Positions 59,142 through 64,000 of a DNA stretch of 64,000 nt are shown here, in pieces (positions within the stretch are counted from its first letter, which is position 1; the number at the start of each line of letters is the position of its first letter). The stretch is from positions 160,001 to 224,000 of the forward strand of contig CAVRZA010000002.1 of NCBI GenBank assembly GCA_963725665.1. The letters run 5' to 3'. The notes beneath the pieces were generated by a model, which was given only the letters and a program-made list of their open reading frames with translations, did no database searches and was not told where the DNA came from. The stretch comes from an uncultured Actinomycetes bacterium (lineage in GTDB: Bacteria; Actinomycetota; Thermoleophilia; UBA2241). The translations under genes were made by a program, and so were the position numbers.

Positions 59142-59741
59142 GTGGATCTGATCGCACCCGAGGTCAAGGTCGTCATGGCGCGGCTCGAAGAGGCCGACGC
59201 CCGCGACCGGGTCGACGGCACGCCGTACTTCGACCGCCTGCGTGCCGTCGATCGCCGAGACCGCCCGGTTCCTGCATCTCCTCGTGCTCGCCACGCGAGC
59301 GCGACTCGTCGTGGAGCTGGGCGCCTCGTCCGGGTACTCCGCCCTGTGGATGGCGACCGCCGTTCGCGCGAACGGCGGTCGCCTCGTGACCTTCGAGGTC
59401 AGACGAACGCAAGCTGGACATCGCCGCCACCACGTTCGCCGAGGCGGGGGTCGACCGACGTCGTCGAGCTGCGCGCGCAGGACGCACACGAAGGCCTCGC
59501 CGCCTTCGACGGCGAGGCCGACCTGGTGTTCATGGACCACGAGAAGGTGCTCTACGAGGCCGCGCTCGAGCCCTCGGTGCGCGCCCTGCGCCTCGGCGGC
59601 CTGCTCGTCGCCGACAACACCACGTCACACGAAGACGCCGTCGCGGGCTTCTGCGCGGCCGCCCTGGCGCACCCCAAGCTGACCGCGCACCTGGTCACCC
59701 TGGGACGCGGTCAGCTCCTCGCCGTGAAGGTAGGTCTCTGA
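59142..59741 (+). CDS. O-methyltransferase family 3 (frameshifted)
   Basis: ETARFLHLL, VVELGASSGYSALW, DLVFMDHEK, GGLLVADN in alternating frames. Confidence 0.87.
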   Translation: MDLIAPEVKVVMARLEEADARDRVDGTPYFDRLRAVDRRDRPVPASPRARHASATRRGAGRLVRVLRPVDGDRRSRERRSPRDLRGQTNASWTSPPPRSPRRGSTDVVELRAQDAHEGLAAFDGEADLVFMDHEKVLYEAALEPSVRALRLGGLLVADNTTSHEDAVAGFCAAALAHPKLTAHLVTLGRGQLLAVKVGL

Positions 59742-59812
59742 CAGGCAGGTCCGAGGACGCTTGGTCGCCGGAGAGGGGGAGAGGGGCGGCCTTGAGCCGC
59801 CCGTCGCCGGGT

Positions 59813-60447
59813 CTACGCTCGCACGAACAGCGCTGCCCGGCTCATCACGACGCGCGGTCTCGACAGCTCCGTCAGGTGGTTCTCGCAAGGCGAGCCCCAC
59901 GGTCTTCTCGAAGGCCTTCGCCGACACGTGCCCCTTCGGCTCGACCAGCAAGAAGCGTCCCTCGGGCTTGAGAGCGCCGCTTACCTCCTCTATGAAGCGG
60001 CCCACGTCGGGCACCTCATGGACCATGTAGAAGGCCAGGGCGAAGTCGACAGGCTCGATGTCACCGATGGTCTCGGCGGTGCACTGTCGCGGCTCGAATC
60101 CGCGCGGAAAGGCCGCGACGTTCGGCTCGCGACTTGAGGCGCTGCAGCATCTCGGCCTGCAGGTCGACGGCGACCACCTTGCCGCGGTCGCCGACCATCT
60201 GCGCCAAGGGGAGGGTGAAGAAGCCCGGTCCACAGCCGAGATCGAGGGCGGTGTCTCCCTCGTGGACTAGCCCCCGCAGGATGCCGCTCGGGTTGGTGAT
60301 CAGGCGCCGCAGGGGGGTCGTCAGAAACCAGGCGTGCCGTGCCGGGCAGACGTGGGCGCCGCCCGGACTCGAATGTCGCGTCTCGACGCGAGGTCCGTGT
60401 CGTCGCCGGACGCGCGAGGAGTCGTCGGTGTCGTCGCTCGCCGTCAT
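59813..60447 (-). CDS. Class I SAM-dependent methyltransferase (frameshifted)
   Basis: HVCP..LRRL, LDLGCGPGFFT, AVDLQAEML, FYMVHEV, LKPEGRFLLVEP. Confidence 0.87.
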
Positions 60448-60497
60448 CGAGACGCTCGCCTCCACCTCTTCTGTGGCCGACGTGGCGCTGCTCGCCA

Positions 60498-61898
60498 CTA
60501 GGCGTCGCCAGCAGGAGCGGTTCGTCTGCGAGCCTCTCCGGCGAGGCGGACCATGGCGCTCAGGCTGCGTTCGACGTCGTCATCGGTCGTCGCCCACGAC
60601 GAGACGCTGATGCGCATCGCCGTGTGCCCCTGCCAGACGGTCGGGCCGCACCAGGACGTGCCGTCGCGCTGGATCGCGGCCACGACCGCGCGCGTCGTCT
60701 CCTCGTCGCCGAACGAGACGAGCACCTGGTTGAGCACGACGTCGTTGAGGATCTCATAGCCCGCTTCACGCAGCCCCTCCGCGAAGCGCCGCGCGTGGCG
60801 GCAGCACCGCTCGACGAGCTCGGCGAGGCCGGAACGACCCAGCGAGCGCAGGGCCGCCCAGACCTCCACGCCGCGCGCCCGCCGAGACAGCTCCGGCGTG
60901 TAGAAGCTCGGCTCACGCTCGCCGCCCGTCGGCAGGTAGGCGGCGGTCACCGACATCGCCCTGGGCAGGATGCCGGGCTCGCGCACGAAGGTGAGGCCGC
61001 TGTCGTAGGGCACGTTGAGCCACTTGTGGGCGTCGGTCGCCCAGGAGTCGGCGTCGGCGATGCCCTCCACGAGGGGTGCGGTGAGCGGCGAGGCCGCGGC
61101 CCAGAGACCGAAGGCGCCATCGACGTGGACCCACGCCTCGTGCTCGTGAGCGTGGGCGATGATCGCGCTCAGGGGATCGAACGCTCCCGTGTTGACGTTG
61201 CCGGCCTGAACGCAGATGATCGCCGGTCGCGAGAGACCCGGGAGCGCGTCGGCGCGCATCCTCCCCTGCCCGTCGACGGGGATGGTCACGACCCGCCGCC
61301 GTCCGAAGCCGGTCAAGGCCAGGGCCTTGAGCAGGGAGGGGTGGGCCTCCTCGCCGACGACCACCGTGATGGCCGGGGCGCCGTAGAGCCCGTCGGCTTC
61401 GACATCCCAGCCCTCGCGCTGCAACAGCTCGTGGCGCGCGGCGGTCAGGGCGGCGAAGTTGGCCATGGTGGCGCCCGTGACGAAGCCGACGTCGGCTGCG
61501 GCCGGCAGGCCGAGCAGCTCGAGCAACCAGCGCCGCGCCACCGCCTCGAGAACGGCGCCGGTCGGTGAGGCGGCGACCAGGCCGGCCGGCTGATCCCAGG
61601 CCGAGGCCAGCATGGTCGCCGCGACCGTGGCCGGCAGAGAGCCGCCTATGACGAACCCAAAGAAGCGCGGACCGGCGGTGGCCACGGTGGCCGGTGAGCC
61701 GACCTCGTCGAGGAGGGCGAGGACGTCGTGCGGGTCGATGGGCTGAAGCGGCAGGTCTTCGTCGAGCCGCTTCAGCCCATCGAGCGCCTCTTGCGTTGGT
61801 GCGACGGACCGCTCCTGCAGGCCCTCGAGGTAGCGCGACGCACGCTCCGCGGCCTCGAGGAGCAGGTCGTTCGGACGCGGTTCTCCCTGTGAAGTCAT
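60498..61898 (-). CDS. PLP-dependent group II (aromatic amino acid type) decarboxylase
   Basis: PRFFGFVIGG, FVTGATMAN, WVHVDGAFG, DSWATDAHKWLNVPYD, PELSRRARG. Confidence 0.93.
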   Translation of the reverse strand: MTSQGEPRPNDLLLEAAERASRYLEGLQERSVAPTQEALDGLKRLDEDLPLQPIDPHDVLALLDEVGSPATVATAGPRFFGFVIGGSLPATVAATMLASAWDQPAGLVAASPTGAVLEAVARRWLLELLGLPAAADVGFVTGATMANFAALTAARHELLQREGWDVEADGLYGAPAITVVVGEEAHPSLLKALALTGFGRRRVVTIPVDGQGRMRADALPGLSRPAIICVQAGNVNTGAFDPLSAIIAHAHEHEAWVHVDGAFGLWAAASPLTAPLVEGIADADSWATDAHKWLNVPYDSGLTFVREPGILPRAMSVTAAYLPTGGEREPSFYTPELSRRARGVEVWAALRSLGRSGLAELVERCCRHARRFAEGLREAGYEILNDVVLNQVLVSFGDEETTRAVVAAIQRDGTSWCGPTVWQGHTAMRISVSSWATTDDDVERSLSAMVRLAGEARRRTAPAGDA

Positions 61899-62214
61899 CG
61901 CTCGCGGCCCTCCTGCGACATCGCTTCGCCGAACGTTGGATCGCTGCCGGCCGTACATACCCGGTGGGTGATACTACAGGACCGTTGTGGGTGGTTGACG
62001 AGCCCCGCGCGCCTGAAGCTCGAAGCGGCAGGAGTACACGATGGGGAGGGGCGGCTGCGCCGCCCCTCCCCGATGGTCGGCCGCCAGATGGCGGTCGAGG
62101 TCGGGCAGCTCAAGAGACTCAAGACCGTCCTCGAGTGGGCTGAGGGCGCCGGCTGAGCGGACCTCCGCCCGCGAGAGCAGCCCGGGGAGCAAGAGGAGCG
62201 AAGGCCGGCGCAGC

Positions 62215-63810
62215 TCAGGCGAGCACGCCGACCGGCGCCGGCGTCACCATGACGATCGCGACGTCGTCGGCAAGCGGTCCCCCGTTCATCTCGACGACAC
62301 TCGCGAGCACACGATCCAGGGCCGCCTCGTCGCAGGCACCGACACATTCGTGCGAGACAATGCCGGCGAATCGCTCGATGCCCAAGCGCTCGCTCGCACC
62401 CGGGGTCGTTCGACCCTCGATGACACCGTCGGTGAAGAACAGCAGCGAGGCCGCTGACGGCAGGGTCACGACCGTGGCATCGCACAGCAAGTGGTCGGCC
62501 AGCCCGAGCGGCGGTTGCGACGGTACCTCGACGCTGGTCGCCTGCCCGTGAGCGATGATGAGCGGCGCCGGGTGTCCGAGGCAAAGCACGTGGAGCTCGC
62601 CCGCCTCTTCGTCGATCACCGCCAGAACACAGGTGACGAACGTGTCCGCCGAAGGGGCCTCGCGCTCCAGTACGCGGCCCAGGGTCTCGATCGTCTGCGA
62701 GAAGCCGACGCCGGCGGTGGTCAGCGCCTGCCAGCCGGCGCGAAGCGTCGCGCCGAGGGCGGCGGCGTCGGGGCCGTGGCCGCTCACGTCGCCGACGAGC
62801 ACCCCGACACGCTGAGCGTCGATCTGGGCGAGGTCGATGAAATCGCCGCCTAGGAACAGACGCTCTTCACCGGGCTGGTAGCGTGTATGGAAGCGGAGTC
62901 CGGGATGCTCGAGCGGCAGGCTCGGGAGCAGGCTCGCCTCAAGACGCTGGTGCAGCTGCGCCGCCTCGCGCTGCGCTCGGTCACTCGCACGCAGGCTCTC
63001 GACGGCGAGGGCGTGCGGTTCGGCGACCTCGGCATGGACGACCGCCTGATAGACGAGCAGCGCCGAGAGCACCGAGAGCAGGTGTCCGATCAGGTTGGGC
63101 GTCGTGTAGACGCCGACATACAGCGTGAAACAGAGCTCCGAGACGATCCACACCAGGATGGCCGCCTCCATGAGCTGCCAGGTCGCGCCGGTCAGGCTGC
63201 GCCGCCGGCGCCAGAGGGCGCCGGCCGCGCAGAGCATGATCACGCAGATGACGTATTCGCTCACCCTCTTGAAGGGCGTCAGCCCCACGCCCGTTTCGTA
63301 GGCTCTGGGGAACACCGGCGCCACGTAGATGACGGTCAGGATCGCCGCCGCGACCGCGGCGTAGGCGCCCCCGACGAGAGCGATATTCATGCGCCGGCCG
63401 ATGAAGATGGGGGCGACGAGCAGGGAGACGGCCGCCAAGTAGCCGCAGGCGATCCAGAGCTGCGTCGCATGGTTGGCATCGACCGTCTGAAAGACGCCCA
63501 TGCCCTTGTAGTCGAGCATGTGGATCAGACGCAGCGTCCCCACGGTGGCCAGCGAGATGCCCAGAAAGAGCGGGTAGTCGTCGTCGAGGAAGGGGCGCAG
63601 GTTCCAGGCCATGACGAACACGGCGAAGGCAACGAGCATGAACACGAGTTCCGCCGCCGAGTGGAACAGGAGGTAGGAGTCGAAGCTCGTCACGTAGAGG
63701 CCGACGAGCGCAAGCGCCCCGATCGCGAGGCTCATTCCGTTGCTCAGCGTCGCTCCGCTGACCAGCGGCTTGCCGCCTGCCCCAAAGCTCCCTGTAGCCC
63801 GCTCGATCAT
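62215..63810 (-). CDS. MASE3 sensor fused to a PP2C/SpoIIE phosphatase
   Basis: YLLFHSAAE, HMLDYKGMGVF, TQLWI, GLTPFKRVSEY; GGDF, GDVSGHG, GHP, FTDGVIE, DDVA. Confidence 0.93.
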   Translation of the reverse strand: MIERATGSFGAGGKPLVSGATLSNGMSLAIGALALVGLYVTSFDSYLLFHSAAELVFMLVAFAVFVMAWNLRPFLDDDYPLFLGISLATVGTLRLIHMLDYKGMGVFQTVDANHATQLWIACGYLAAVSLLVAPIFIGRRMNIALVGGAYAAVAAAILTVIYVAPVFPRAYETGVGLTPFKRVSEYVICVIMLCAAGALWRRRRSLTGATWQLMEAAILVWIVSELCFTLYVGVYTTPNLIGHLLSVLSALLVYQAVVHAEVAEPHALAVESLRASDRAQREAAQLHQRLEASLLPSLPLEHPGLRFHTRYQPGEERLFLGGDFIDLAQIDAQRVGVLVGDVSGHGPDAAALGATLRAGWQALTTAGVGFSQTIETLGRVLEREAPSADTFVTCVLAVIDEEAGELHVLCLGHPAPLIIAHGQATSVEVPSQPPLGLADHLLCDATVVTLPSAASLLFFTDGVIEGRTTPGASERLGIERFAGIVSHECVGACDEAALDRVLASVVEMNGGPLADDVAIVMVTPAPVGVLA

Positions 63811-63817
63811 GGCGCGG

Positions 63818-63826
63818 ATTCTAGCA
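63818..63826 (-). promoter_or_regulatory. Extended -10 promoter giving a leaderless transcript
   Basis: TG-c-TAGAAT located 7 nt before the ATG at 63810. Confidence 0.6.
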
Positions 63827-63876
63827 TCGCGCCGGCAGCCTCTTCGCGTTCGACGAGCGTCTTCTGGGAGTCGAGC

Positions 63877-63919
63877 GGGGCGGGGGTGCGGCGGCTCTCA
63901 GCCGCCGCACCCCCGCCCC
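63877..63919 (-). terminator. GC-rich hairpin, 20-bp stem
   Basis: Perfect inverted repeat just after the stop of a minus-strand gene entering from the window edge. Confidence 0.7.
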
Positions 63920-63944
63920 AGACCGCGCGACATAGCACACTGAC

Positions 63945-64000
63945 TCAGTTCGCCACCAACTCTCCGTCAACGACGAGGTCAAGGCGCGTCCGTCTCAGCA
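63945..64000 (-). CDS. C-terminal fragment of a gene running off the window
   Basis: ..LRRTRLDLVVDGELVAN* followed by a terminator-like hairpin. Confidence 0.5.
   Translation of the reverse strand, partial: LRRTRLDLVVDGELVAN

Overview
This is a very GC-rich bacterial chromosomal window, probably from an Actinomycetota member with anaerobic traits (inferred from IorAB, an FrhB-like protein, a mycofactocin-type SDR, MMPL and leaderless promoters). It holds about 55 mostly housekeeping, transport and catabolic genes: a NarL-type two-component system, lysA, argC-argJ-argB, MMPL, msrA/msrB, three ABC-2 exporters, two orphan solute-binding proteins, MoxR-DUF58-transglutaminase, iorA-iorB-paaK, xpaC-telA, a serpin and a PP2C phosphatase. 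I saw no rRNA, tRNA, CRISPR array, integrase or transposase. About ten genes carry single-base frameshifts that look like read or assembly errors. The best leads are: (1) a ~200-nt structured leader in front of lysA with an 11-bp helix that can bury the start codon (candidate uncharacterised riboswitch or attenuator); (2) one shared promoter architecture (NarL-like boxes at a fixed distance from a TAGnCT -10) at three envelope/export loci, suggesting a regulon; (3) an orphan DUF5131 protein with a possible beta-clamp-binding tail; (4) a HOD/QDO-like cofactor-free dioxygenase with altered active-site residues; (5) a repeat insertion next to the ArgJ self-cleavage site. All family calls come from motif recognition by eye; no searches were run.
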